Below the pieces are notes generated by a model. The model made no database searches and had not been told where the DNA came from. It saw only the letters and a program-made list of their open reading frames with translations. Below, piece after piece: positions 12,901 to 27,099 of a stretch of 64,000 nt of DNA. The position numbers and the translations under genes were made by a program. Numbering within the stretch: the first letter of the stretch is position 1; each line of letters opens with the position of its first letter. Source of the stretch: Octopus vulgaris (taxonomy: Eukaryota); NCBI GenBank assembly GCA_951406725.2, contig OX597819.1, positions 73,284,001-73,348,000 of the forward strand, written 5' to 3'.

Positions 12901-15900
12901 TAGGTCCAGCACCATCTATTTCTCTCTCTCTCTCCAACTGTCTCTTTATCTTTCTCTCCAACTCTTGCTTTCCTCTTTGTACCACTGGGTTGGTCAAGTA
13001 TCTCCTCTGTAATATGACAACTATCTCTCTCCCTCTATTATACTCTAACCTCTCACTTGGCACACACAGCCACTTTCCTTGGTCCCACTCCCTTTCTCAG
13101 CCAAGAGGTCTTTGTGTTGCAAGTTATTTCATGACCCTGCTGGTGCCACTTAAAAAGCACCCACTACACTCGGTAAAGTGGTTGGCGTTAGGAAGGGCAT
13201 CCAGCCATGCCAAAGCAGACTATGGGATGTGGTCCAGCTCTTGGCTTCACAGCTTCCAGCATAGAAAACAAGACGTTATTTGATGATGATGATTATATAT
13301 ATAAAATTGCTGACATGTCCAATGACCACTGCCTGATTGGCACTCGTGCCAGTGGAATGTTAAAAGCACATCTGAACGTGGGGTGTAACCAGCCCACTTA
13401 TGAGTACCCCTCATTCATTGGACGATAAAATTTGCTTGCAAAGACCTATTGAGGTAAGTGAAATCAAATCAAAATTGCTGACATGGCCAATGACAGTACC
13501 ACCTGACTGGCACTCCTGCCAGTGGAACATTAAAAGCACATCCGAGTGTGATCGTTGCCCTACTGGCACATGAGAAACAACAGTTGAGTGTGGCTGTTGC
13601 CAGTGCCACTGGACTGGCTCCCGTGCATGTAGCCCGTAAAAAAACACCTTTTGAGCGTGGTCATTGCCAGAACTGCCTGACTGGCTCTTGTGCCGGTGGC
13701 ACGTAAAAGCACCCACTACACTCTGAGTGGTTGGCGTCAGGAAGGGCATCCAGCTGTAGGAACTTTGCCAGATCAGATTGAGCCTGGTGCAGCCTTCTGG
13801 GTCGCCAGTCCTCAATCAAACCGTCCAACCCATGCCAGCATGGAAAGCAGACATTAAATGACAACGATGATGATGATGATATATATAAAAATGTTGTGCA
13901 TATATGATGCTATAGTATTGTTTATGTAAAACAAAATATCCAGGAGTTTATAAGAATTTTGTCCCATCCTCAATACTAATAAAAAGAAAATGGAAACTGG
14001 ATTTTAAAAAATTCTTGTATATTTTTCGATTGGTGTAGAACCAAATGATATGGCAAGATAGTTGCTATGTATTAACTGGAATGGAGCAAAGGAACGAGCA
14101 TTCTTAATAAAACAGATTTTTGTGTATTTTCGTCCTAGCCCTAATCAGCTAATTTATAAGCTAAGAAATAACGAGTAAAAACAAGTGGCTGCTTTCCATG
14201 ATATTGGTTAAAGACTCACTGGTAGAGTTGTGTCTATTATACAAAATCACTGCAATAGGCAGGTCTTTGTGTCTTATCTTTTACTTGTTTCAGTCATTAG
14301 ACTGGGGCCATACTGGGGCACTGCCTTGAAGAAGTTTTAGTCAAATGACTTGACCCCCAGTATTGTTTTTAAGCCTGGTACTTATTCTATCAATCTCTTT
14401 TGCCAAACTGCTAAGTTTCAGGGATGTAAACACACCAATACCAGTTGTCTAGTGGTCACACACACACTATGAGCTTCTTTCAGTTTCTGTGTACTACACC
14501 CATTGACAAGGCTTTGGTTGGCCTGAGGCTAAAGCAGAATATACTTGACCAAGGTGTCTTGCAGTGGGACTGAATCCTGAACCATGTGGTTGGGAAACCA
14601 ACTTCTTACTACACAGCTATGACTAATCAATAAATATATTTGAATTTAATTTCGATTAATTTTATGGGGAAAATTGTTTTCTCTCTCTCTAACACACAAC
14701 CTTCATCATAGAGCTCCTTGTCAATGTGCACACTCACAGAGAGCTGTAGCTCAGTACTTTTGATGATGGTTTTATTGGGGAAAACAAAAAATTTACTTCC
14801 CCAACCTGGGCTGTGGAGTTGGAGTCAGTCTCAGAGTCGGAAACAATTAAGGGGTAGCTGGAGTTGGAGTCACTAAAACTATACTGACTCTGACTCATAA
14901 TGTCTTTATTCTTTAATATAAATAAGTTATAACATAAGGCCTACTCAAAAGTACAAGCATATGCCTATGCTTTATGAGATATGTAAACCACAATCACTTA
15001 ATTACATAAAGAGGAGTTGGCATTGGAGTCAGTCGGAGTCAAAGTTTTTTGTTTTGACTCCGCAGCCCTGTCCCCAACACAACTAGAAATTTAGCTTTAT
15101 TTCTGCTCCCTTCCCTTGGTACAATGTAAAAAGCACCCAGTACACACTGTAAAGAGGTTGGTGTTAGGAAGGGCATCCAGCTGTTGAAACCATGCCAAAG
15201 TGGACCATGGAACCTGGTGCAGCTCCTGTGAAATCGTCCAACCCATGCCAGCATGGAAAGTGGACATTAAATGATGATGATGATTCAGAAACTACATTGT
15301 TGTCAAAATATTATTTTACAAGGTTATCACAAAGCTGTGTCAATATTTTGTTAGGGTTTGAAAACAAAAAGACTGAAAAAAGATTTTCAAACAGCTTTTA
15401 CTCTTTATATTTTTATCTTCAATCTTTTAAAAGTGAATGTTAAACTTTTATTTACCCTACTTCTGTTGAAATACACTGCCTTCGTTTGTATTGATTTTGA
15501 AAATAATGAATTTAGTAAAATAATTTTGTAATTATTAAATTACTATTTAGAACCTAAGTTAATGTAAAATTTTGATGGAAGATTTTAAAATCATTTTAGG
15601 ACAGGAAGTTTGTCTCATAGAACCAAGGATGTTTTCAGCTGGGTGGTATCAAATTACACTTATGGAGTTCCTCCTTGACCTTGCCAATGTTATCACTGTG
15701 TACTGAATTTTACTGTGGTCACTTTCTCTATGTAACTCCATTAGTTTTTCTTACAGATGCCAACAATGAGCTTGCTTTCTCTCCAATAAAATCAACTGCA
15801 CTCTTTGCTTACATGCATTGAAACAAAAGTTACTGTGGTCCTTATATAATCTTTGGCTAATCACTCCGCTGACCCAAACCAATTTTTAAAATAAGACTGT

Positions 15901-16801
15901 CTCTGACTTTCACTAGCTGTGATCTTAACTCTTTCTATATTTGCTCTTGTGTTATATACCCACGTCTATTTTATACACACCTTAGCCACTAACAATGAGT
16001 GTATAATGGCATTTTTCTGTTTGTAGTCCAGAAGATGATGAATGCCGACTCCATAGGTTTGTATGTGTTATCGATCCCCTCCTCTGCTCAGTTCATTTTG
16101 AATGCCAATATTTTATTTAATTCATTGCCATTCCATCATTTCTGTTGGCTTCAGTCACTGTCTCATGTTGGCTTGTGCTTGTATTATTATTATTATTTTT
16201 ATTATATAAATATGGTTTATCATTTTCTTTTTTCCCTTTCTTTATTGTGCTTATCACATCTAAACCCAATCAACATTATATACTACTGCGTTTTTTTACA
16301 GACGTGTATAAGTGGATTGAGTTAGTAGTTTTAGTTTGTCATTTTTGGTTCTTAAGGCAATTTTTTTTTTTTTAGTATTGGTTGTCAGTATTTAGTGAAA
16401 TATTTTATTGCCATTCCATTGTGATCAATTTAGTTTTCAAGTGTGCATGGAAGAAATGGTGAGCATTGTAGCAGTGGTAAAATAAGCTCCTGGCAAACTA
16501 ATTGCAGACTTGGTTTTTTTTTCATTATCTTTTTGTTACAACTGTTTTGTTTTACTCACCACACTGCTGTTGCTGCTGCTGCCCTTTGGAAAGGCATGAA
16601 TGTCTTGACTTCTTTTAATTCCTTTTTTTTCAGTCAGTAAAGTTAAACAGTCACACCGATCTTAAAATGTAAAGCTGTTGACCTGTATCAGTTCAAAGAT
16701 ATTTTTGAAAATTTAAATGTCACCCAGAAGTTTAATTATCAAAATCATGAGCCAGCATGGAAACCAAACACTAAAGCTGATGAAGAAAACTATTATTGAT
16801 G

Positions 16802-16834
<33 letters not shown>

Positions 16835-19800
16835 TATAAAGGATTGAGGTAACTCCTCCAGAAGATATTGTTAAAATTAAAAGAAGAGTGCCATCGTCAT
16901 CTAGTGAACGATATTTCGACATCTTGTGTATCTTCAACAGGTTCAAAAAATAATTTTGTCAATCTACTTCATTTTGGTTAATATTGACAAAATTATTGTT
17001 TGAACCTGTTGAAGACGCACAAGATGTCGAAATATCGTTCACTAGATGACAATGGCACTCTTCTTTTAATTTTGACTCTATATCTTCTGGAAGAGTTACC
17101 TCAATCCTTTATATAGTAACCATAATGAAGTAGATTGACAAAATTATTATTATTATTATTATTAAGGTGATGAGCTGGTAGAATTGTTCAAGCATGAGAC
17201 AGAGCACCTAGCAAGATTTCTTTTGATTGGTTATGTTCCCAGTTGAAAAATAGGGCCAGCTTTGCCTTTCATCCCTCCAGAGTTGATAAAATAAAGTACC
17301 GGTCAAGTACTGGGGTGGTGTGGGGATCTATGTAATCAACTGGCTCCTTCCCCATAAAACTACTGGCCTTGTGCCACAATCAGAAAGAATTATTAATTCC
17401 TATTATTCAAGAAATGTGGAGGTGCATGGTTGAATGGTTAGGGTGTTGGACTCGTGAGCGTAAGATTGTGATTTCAATTCCTGAACTGGATGATGCATTA
17501 TGTCCTTAAGCAAACCACTTCATTTCATGTTGCTTCAATCCACTCAGCTGGCAAAAATGAGTGATTCTGTGATGGATTGGCATCTCGGCCAGGAGTGGAA
17601 TATATATGCCACAAAATACCAGAAACTATGGGCTTGGAGAGAACCTTTGACCTTTTTTTGATTCAAGAAATACAGCACTTTGAAGAAATATTTGTTTTGC
17701 TTGATGAAAAATACTTTTACATGCCGGTGCCATGTGAGAAGGACCTGTTCCAGTGCAATGTACAGAACCTCCTTGTCAGTGCCACATACAGACCATTCGT
17801 GCCATATAAAGACCACCTGTGCTATGTATGGATTACCCGTACCAGAGCCATATATGGATTGCTCGTCCAAGTGCCATGTATGGACCATCCAAGTCAGTGT
17901 GACGTATGGGTCACCTATGCCATGTATGGACTACCGATGCCAGTGCCATGTAGAGACCATCTGTGCCACATAGCCCACCAGTGTTGGTGTCACAGACCGC
18001 CCGTGACATGTACAGACCATCAGTGCTGCTTACAGAGCACCAGTCCCATGTGCAGACCTCCAGTGCCAGTGTCACATACAGACATCCCATGCCAGTTTCA
18101 TGACCAGGTCACTTGTGCCGCCTACAGATCACTAGAGCTGTGTACAGACCACCTTACCAGTAACACATACAGTACAAACCACCTGTGCCACAAACAGACC
18201 ACCAGTTCCATGTACAGACCACCTGTGTCAAACAGGCCACCTGTGCCATGTGCAGACCATGTGTCACGTGCAGACCACCCTTGGAAGTGCCATGTACAGA
18301 CTACCTGTGCCACATGCAGACTACCCATGCCAGTGGCACACACACAGCATTCATGCTAGCACCACATTTAATAGCACTCATGATGGCACCATTTATAAAG
18401 CAGCTAACACACTGTAGAGTGATTGGCATTAGGAAGGGCATCCAGTCATAGAAACAATGCTAATGTGGACATTTGGAGCCTAGTGCAGCTCTCTGGTTTG
18501 CCCACCCCTGATGTAGATAATGAATTGGTTAAAATGCAGAAATGTGTAGAAAACAACTCCCTGTATTTATTCATCTTAGACTCACTTCAGTCTATTGTTG
18601 TCACTGCTGTACAATCTAATCTTTATGCTATAAATTTTATCACTGCTCTATAACCTTGTTCTATACATTATTACCATATTTCCTCTGAATACAATATCTT
18701 AAAAACATTTTCTTCTTACTCTCTCTCAACATATATATTTAATGCTGGAAATCAGCCCCCCCACTCCTTCTCTCTCACTAGCAAAATTCACTACAATTTG
18801 GAGATAAAGAAATAAAATGTGAGAGTGATAATACTATTTATTTCAAATTTTGGCACAAGGCCAGCAATTTCAGGAAAGGGTAACTCAATTACATTGACGC
18901 CAGTCTTCAACTGGTACTTATTTTATCGAACCCGAAAGGATGAAAAGTAAAGCCAACCTTCGCAGAATTTGAACTTGGAATGTAAAGACATATGGACTGC
19001 CCTTAAGCATTTTTCTCAGTACAGTGATGGTTCTGCCAGCTCACCACCTTCGATAATACTACGATTGTTAAAATCCGTGACTGCCAGGCTGTAAGTCTAT
19101 TATGTAGACCAGCAAAAAGTAAAACAAATGGCTTTTTAAAAAATTTTTTGTGTGTGTGTTAAGGAATTTACTTTTTTTTTTTTTTTTTTAATGAACCCAC
19201 TACAGAAAATTTCTGCTTTGTTTCATTTTTTTTTTTCTATATAAATCAATTATCTCTATAAATATTTTTTTTTCTTTCAGGCTTTCGGGGAAGAAGACCA
19301 GCAAAGTCTGTTTTTGATGGCTTCCGAGATTTCCAGGCAGAGGCACGTGAGTAGTTTGATTGTTGATGCTTCAGTTTGGTTCTATATCAGTGTTTAAAAT
19401 AGCAGAAATAGGGAAATAGTTTGGAAGTTTCTTCTGTTTCTTTTTGTCTTGGTTTATTCTACTAATTTAAAACTTTTCTTTAGGGGAGTTTTTTATATGT
19501 TGTCACTGTTTGAAAGTGAAATTTTGAATTGTGCGTTATATGTAGAAGTCAATACAAGAATACATGTAGGTCTATGCTGACCATATGAGGTTGTGAATAG
19601 GCAGAAACAAGCACCATGCTCAGTAAAACTCTTTTAGTTTTGTTGAGGATATTAAAAACTTCTTTCATTCTACCACCATAATAAAATGCAGCCAATAAAC
19701 TCTGTGCAGTGGTTGGTGTTATGAAAGGCAGCTGGCTATAGAAACCCTGAGCATGTCACAATAAATACACATCATTGACAAAGCTGAAGAATGTTGAAAT

Positions 19801-22800
19801 GCATCTAGTGTTTTTGTAAATCCCTGTTGGAACAATTTCGCCATTATCATTTTATGTCTACTTTCCAAGCTGACACTGGTCAGATATACTAGCACAGTCT
19901 GAATTGGTTCTTGGAGTTACTGTTCACTTAGATGGTCTGGAGGATTTCATATCATTTATTTATTTCAATGCTAATTAAGTCCTTTAAATAACAGAAGCTT
20001 TAAACTGTTCCTAGATTATCTTGCATGTGCTCTTAGCACTTTGTTCCAGCATGTTTGCCTCTTGTGAAATCTACTGTTCTTTGTTAGATTGTCTTTTATT
20101 TCACTACAGCTCTTTTGCTCCTACAAGTCAATACAATTGGCTACATTATATGAAATTCCTATTTATTCCTTCTCTACATATCAATCATGGATTTGTCCAT
20201 AAGGGTCTAGTCTTCATTCCCATGGTCTCAGCTAATTTTCATTTCCTTTCTACAAATTATGTCATGTCTTCGATTATTTTGTACATGTTTAAGCATCTCG
20301 TTCTGTTGGACACAAAGTAAGGCAACCCCTATGCTGATTATCTCCCTTTACTTGAAGTTGGTATCAATTACCAAGTGGGTTGGTCTATCTTCTCTGTAAG
20401 CAGAAATTACTTCAATAAATCAACATTTTTGTATGTTATTTAATATAACCTTATTTTTCTTTGCTCATTTTGTTAGTTTATTTACATCTCCATAACATAG
20501 CGGTTTGGCAAAAGAGACCAATAGAATAAATACCAGATTAAAAAAAATATATATAAAAAAGGTGCTTGGGTTGTTTTGTTTGATGACACCCTTGAAGGTG
20601 GTGCCCCAGGCTAGTTGCAGTAAAAGATACAAACATGTATACAGTCTATGTATTGTGATATTTTGTCTCTTTTTGGGGTTGTTTTGTACAATATAAGTGA
20701 ACGGGTTACTTCTGTTAGCCATTACTTTTTACTCCTAATATGAATCAGTTTCAATGTAGCAACTAGTGGAGGTGTATGACTAAATGGTCAGGCTATTCAG
20801 CTGACAATCGTAAGGTTGTTGGTTCCATTCCCAGTGGTATGTTGTGTCCTTGAGTGAGCAAAACACCTTATTTCATGTTGCTCCAGGTCACTCAGCTGGC
20901 AAAAGTGGTACTTAAAAGAGCCAGCTGTATCATATTTCGTGTCATTTTGTTTATATCTCCCTGGTAACAATGTTCAGGGTACGCATATCTGTGGAGTGCT
21001 CAGCCACATGCGTGTTAATTTCATAAGCAGGCTGTTCCATTGATTGGATCAACTGGAACACTCTTCATCGTAACCTACAGAGAGCCAGTAGCAACTCCTC
21101 TTGCCTTATCTCCATCATAGGTCATAGCTATTTCTATCTCCAACTTGCTCAGTTTTCTTCTCTCTCTCTCTCTCTCTCTCCAATCATATGCTTAATTTAC
21201 TGAGTTTTTTTTTTTTCCATTTTAGGTCAGCAGGAGGAGATGCTACATCGTAGTTCCACAATAACATCAAAACACCAAACATTGGAAGATCTGTTTCGGC
21301 CCCCTATTGATCTCATATTTAAGGGAACTTTTGCCAGTGTAAGTGTTGTTCAAACTTTTACTAGACTGGCTTTGTATATTACAATATTATACTGGTTTTA
21401 TATATAACATTATACTGGCTTCTATATGTAGCATTACGACATACTGCTCATGCCATGTAAAAAGCTCTTGTGCTGGTGCCACGCAAAAAGCACTTGGTGC
21501 ACTCTGTAAAGTGGTTGGCATTAGGAAGGGCATCCAACCATAGAAACCATACCGAAACAGACAATTGAAACCTGGTGCAGCTCTCCAGCCTTGCCAGCTC
21601 CTGTCAATCTGTCCAACCCATGCCAACATGGAAAATGGACATTAAACGATGATGATGATGACGATGATGATGATGGGGTGCACACAGAAGAGTGAGAATC
21701 TGATGCAGCAAAACAATAGCACTCAATTATTCATGTTTGAATCTGCCAGAACGTGCTAAGAAGGAATACATTATTGTTTGAATGCTCCTTGGAATTTTGG
21801 ATAATTTCCTCTTTTTTTTTCCCCCTTTTAATCTTCAGAGAATAATTTGACCCTTACTCAGTTGTATTAAAATTGAAGTTCTAAATGAATCTATATGTGT
21901 TAATTACTTCTGCTCTTTGTTGACTATGAGTTCATTTTCACTAGGTTGTAGATCGTGGCTGACATCACTTCTTGCATATGAAAAATCTCTAGTCTAAACT
22001 AACCTCTTGATGAGAGGAATGACATATATGGATTGTAAGAGCAGTAGTAGCAGCCAGTTTAGTTGGATGATCAAAGTAGGTATTTTAAGAAGCTGACTTG
22101 ATCAAGAAAGGCCACAGAAGAAGGTAATTACATAGACTCGCACAGACTTAACCAACTTGATTTCTTACCAAAAGAATCATGGCTTACTATTTGTGTCACT
22201 CCCACTTGCTTTGGTGCAAATTCATATATAGACTAGTATCTGGTTAGTCTTGATGAAATAACCCCCCCCCCCCATCTCCTTTATGGAAGGCCTGACACGT
22301 ATTTTCTCGCATATAGATGTCTGACACCAGTGGTGAGAAGTTTGCTTCCCAACCACGTGGTTTCGGGTTCAGTCTCACTGTAGCTCCTTGGGCAAGTGTT
22401 TTCTATAGCTGACCAAAGCATTGCGTGGATTTGGTAGATGAAAACTGAGAGAAGCCCATTGTGTGTCATTGTGTCTGTCACCCACCACTGATTGACAACT
22501 GGTGTTGGTGCGTTTACATCCCCAAAACTTAGCGGTTTGGCAAAAGAGACCAATAGATTAAGTACCAGGCTGCAGTCTAATGACTTAAGCAAGTGAAGAA
22601 AAAAAAATCTGACTCCCCCCAACCCCTCTCACCCCAATGAAATGCCTGGCACTTATTTTATACCATATGGCAAACTGATCCCAATACGGTTTGAACTTGG
22701 AACGTAGAAGAAGGGAACTAAAAATAATTCTGAGATTTTTGTCCAGAATTCTATTAGTAATATTGAAATGTGAAAAAACTTTTTAAAGATGATGTTGGTG

Positions 22801-23819
22801 ATGGTGAATATGTTTTTCTTGTTGCATCAGGCCCGGGAAGAAGGAACCAACCAAAACAGATGGTTGATGGTTAACATTCAAAATGTTCAGGAATTTGCTT
22901 GCCAAACTCTCAACCGAGATGTCTGGAGTAATAGTGCTGTTCGAAATATTGTGAAGGAGCATTTCATATTGTGGCAGGTAAATATTTAATGTTATTGGTT
23001 GTTTTAATATGTGTTCCCTGTGTGGTGTAAGAGGCGACTAAAAGGGACAGGGAATCCACTCTTCCTAGTAATTTCAATATTCCTAAAACGACACAAAAAA
23101 AAAACAAAAAACAAAGCAAAGGAGTGAGAGAAGGTTAACACCAATTCTCACCCTACTACTTTCTTGTGGCTTCCCCTTGTTAAAAAAAGTGGGGAATAGG
23201 CCTGGGTATATAAAAAATTTTAATATCAAAGAATTATATGAAGGATGGATGTGAGAGGTTTAACTTTGTAGCATTCAGATTTCTGTCAAATCTAATCCCT
23301 ATTTATTCACATTGTTTTCAATTAATCATGCCTTATCCTTGTAGCATTGAGATTTAAATGGTGTGATGGTTTATTTTCAGAATTTCTTAGTACAGGTAAT
23401 GTGATCTGGTTGTTTTGAACATAAAATAGGCTATTTGGGCCAGATGTGGTTGGTTTTAAGTGCTAAAGGGTTAATAGAACAGAAATATATCATGAGCATA
23501 TGTGTGTAATAATGGATGGCGTTAGGTTGTCAGATAAATATGGCCATTTTCTTCCCGCAAATTTAATTTTCCAGTGTTTTTCGAAATTTCCAAAAGTTGG
23601 AGAGGAAGATTACAGCTACAAAAAAAACCCACAAAACACTGATTAAAAATATGTTTTTGTTTTAATTCAAGCAACTTTGGAAAGAAATGACTGAATTTAT
23701 CTGACAGTCCAATAGAATGGCCAAGATAAGACATAAGAAGAAACGGTAAGGTTAGATCTGAGAATGTTGGGATTTACAGACAATATGTTACTTACATGGT
23801 AAAACACACACACACACAC

Positions 23820-23882
<63 letters not shown>

Positions 23883-26800
23883 ATGATGTATGTGATAGTA
23901 TTTGGTATCAGAATGAAATATCAAGATAGTGGGGTGGGTATCTTGACAAAGCACCTGAGAAAGAGGCTTGTGAAATAGGGTGGAAGATATGGAGATGGTA
24001 GATATTAGCAAAAAAATAATGGAAAGAGCAAAATTACTAGCAAAATATTAAGAGAGGCTGTGAAGGATGTCATCACCTCATTGCTAAACAATAGCTATGT
24101 TGAATAGAGATAGTTTGTCATCTTTTAGTTGAGAGCCAGGCCAGTGTGTCTTGATTAAACAGACTTAGGACAAGAGGTATTCCAATTGCGAAGATCCTGT
24201 AACTGTAGATGTATGTTTGGAATGCTTTTATCTCATACTAGACAACCCGTAACCTGTTGGATCACTGGAGAAGCCTGAGTTTCCTAGCAACAGTTTTGTT
24301 TCATGGGCTGGTTTTTCTTTTCCATGTTTTTTCCCATGCTTTCAGTGAATGTGTGATTGAAATCACATGTAAACGGCTCCTTTCCACAGAAAAGGAAAGA
24401 TCTGGCTGCTATTTTTTGCACGCCCTGCTACCACGTAACACATTTTGGGTCCTTTACCATAAATTGCTGTTATGTGGTAGCAGGGCATGCTAGAAATAGC
24501 AGCCAAATCTTTGGAGGTGAGATACCATGAATGCACTTAAAAGAAACTTATGGAAAAAGCTATTTCACACTGAGGTTACGAATGGATCTTTTACAAAATA
24601 TTTATTGTATTTTTAAAATCATTTTCACTTAAAATATTTTGCTTATCATAATGTCTAATGGAAAGGTTAGAGTTTCTTCCCTTCAGGGTTAAGTTATTTT
24701 CAGAGTATTTTCCCATTATGTACCAATTTGGGTATTTATACCCCAAAACCTTGAATATCTTAATACCTACTGGTCCAATTTACGCAAAACTTTCCACCCA
24801 CATTTCAAGAGCACTTTACTTTCCAAGTATTTTCCTATTATGCGCCAGTTTGGCTGTGTAACATTGCAAGCAAATAAAATTCAACTTCACTTTTAATAGT
24901 GTATTAGACTACCCGTGACCCGTTGGGTCACCGGGAAAGTCTAAATTTCTCAGCAATGGAGTTTTGTTCTGTTGATTTTTTTTTCTTTTCCGGGTTATTT
25001 CGCATGCTTTTAACGAATGTGACATCAAAATCACGCGTAAATGGCTCCTTTCCTCAGAAAAAAAAATATTTGGCTGCTATTTCTTGCACGCCCTGCTACC
25101 ACATAACTGGTATTTTAGGTCCTTTATTGCAAATAGATGTTACATGGTAGTAGGGTGTGCTAGAAATAGCAGCCTAATCTTTGGCGGCGAGATACATTGA
25201 ATGCACTCAAAAAAAAAAAACCTATGGAAAAAAATTTTCACTCCAAGCTTACGAATGAGTCTTTTATGAAATATTTAACGTATTTTTAAAGTCATTTTCA
25301 CTTCAAAATATTTTTTAAGTTTGCCAAATAAAATTTTTGTAATGGTATTTACTTGAAAATAATTTTAAAATAGCATTAAAATATTGTCTTACTGTGCAAA
25401 CAATTTACATTTTTGAAATCACATCTACTTAAAAATATTTCTAAATGATTAAAATATTGTTTAACAAAAGCGAAAATAGAAACATTTACTGTAAAAGATA
25501 TATTGTAGTTTTTCATTGTCAAGTCAGTGTCTAATCAAAGGGTAAGCGTTTCTTCCTTCTTAGGATTAAGTTATTTTCAGAATGTTTTCCTATTATGCAC
25601 CATTTTGAGTATTTAAACCCCGAAAACCCCCAATATCTTAAAAACCTACTTGTCTGATTTACATGAAACTTATTTTATTCCATTCGTATTAATATTTCAG
25701 GTGAAACTTAATTCATAGTATTTTCCCCATTATGCACCAGTTTGGCTGAGTAACATTGCAGGCAAGCAAACAAGATTCAAGCTGACTTTTAATACATTAT
25801 AGATAGATAGTCCTATTTTTAAGACAGTTTAGTGTGATTTGAGGGAGATATGGTTGAAGTAGGCCTGTATTGGTTTAGTTGTTGAGGGTGTAGGATTCAG
25901 TTGTGTTAGTGACACAGGCATGGGTGTCGTTAAGAAGTTTGCTTCTCAACCATATGGTTTTAAGTTCAGTCCCACTGCATGGTACCTTGGGCAAGTGCCT
26001 CTTATCGCCTGGGTCGAACATGGTGGTTGCGGCTTTGGCTAATGGCACATTTCATTTTAGGAGGGAAGGAGGAGGAGGTGATAGGTTGCAATACATTAAG
26101 AAGGGATGGGGATTGGGTTGTGGAGCACAACCTATATATTTTTAAGGAAATGATACAGATGCACAATTAAGGGCCTAGGTTTGTTTTTCTAATATATTGG
26201 CTCCAGCAATGGCCCTGCACTTAGCAGGCTAGGACATTGTCGTCTTGTCTTTATTTAAAATATAAACAACAATCAATAATGATGTTATCTTTTCTTTTGA
26301 TGCTAGGTATATCACGACAGTGAAGAGGGTCGCAAATATATGCAATTTTATAAAGTGAATATTTGGCCATACATTGCCATTCTTGATCCTCAAACAGGTA
26401 AGCAAAAGAGCCAGCAATATAAAATAGCTGTTTTTGTTTTGGTGTCCTTTTATATGTATGTTTCTTTATAATTTGAGATTGGAGTAGTCTCAAAAACAAA
26501 TGTGTGTATGTTGGGCAAAATGTTTTCTCACTAAAATATCTTTATTGGGTGTGTACGGTTGAGTATCCAGTTATGGCAGAAACGTTAGCACGCTGGGTGA
26601 AATGCTTAGCAGTATTTGTCTGACTTTACATTCTGAGTTCAAATTCCGCCGAGGTCGACTTTGCCTTTCATCCATTCGGGGTCGATAAAGTACCAGTTGC
26701 ATACTGGGGTTGATCTAATTGACTGACCCCTCTTCCCCAAAATTTCGGGCCTTGTGCTAAGTGTAGAAGAGAATATCCAAATATGAAACTATCGAGCATT

Positions 26801-27056
26801 CATTGAAATCTGCTGTGACATTGTACAATGTTCAGAACAGTTGCTTTGGTGATTGACTTAGTTAACGTTTGTATAACGAGACAATTTGGAAGAGGAGCTT
26901 TGATGATGATAGATGCATGCTTCCCAAACATGTGGTCTCAAGTTCTGTCCCACTGCACAGCATTTTGAGTTCGCGTTTTTCTACTATAGCCCCAGCCTTT
27001 TGACCAGTGGATTTGGTAGACAAAAATTGAAAGAAGCCATTGTGTGTGTACAAGCT

Positions 27057-27099
<43 letters not shown>

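Noticed and set aside
17720-18345. Regularly spaced repeats suggestive of a CRISPR array
   Set aside because: The units are degenerate and contiguous with no unique spacers, the context is a eukaryotic intron, and there are no cas genes.
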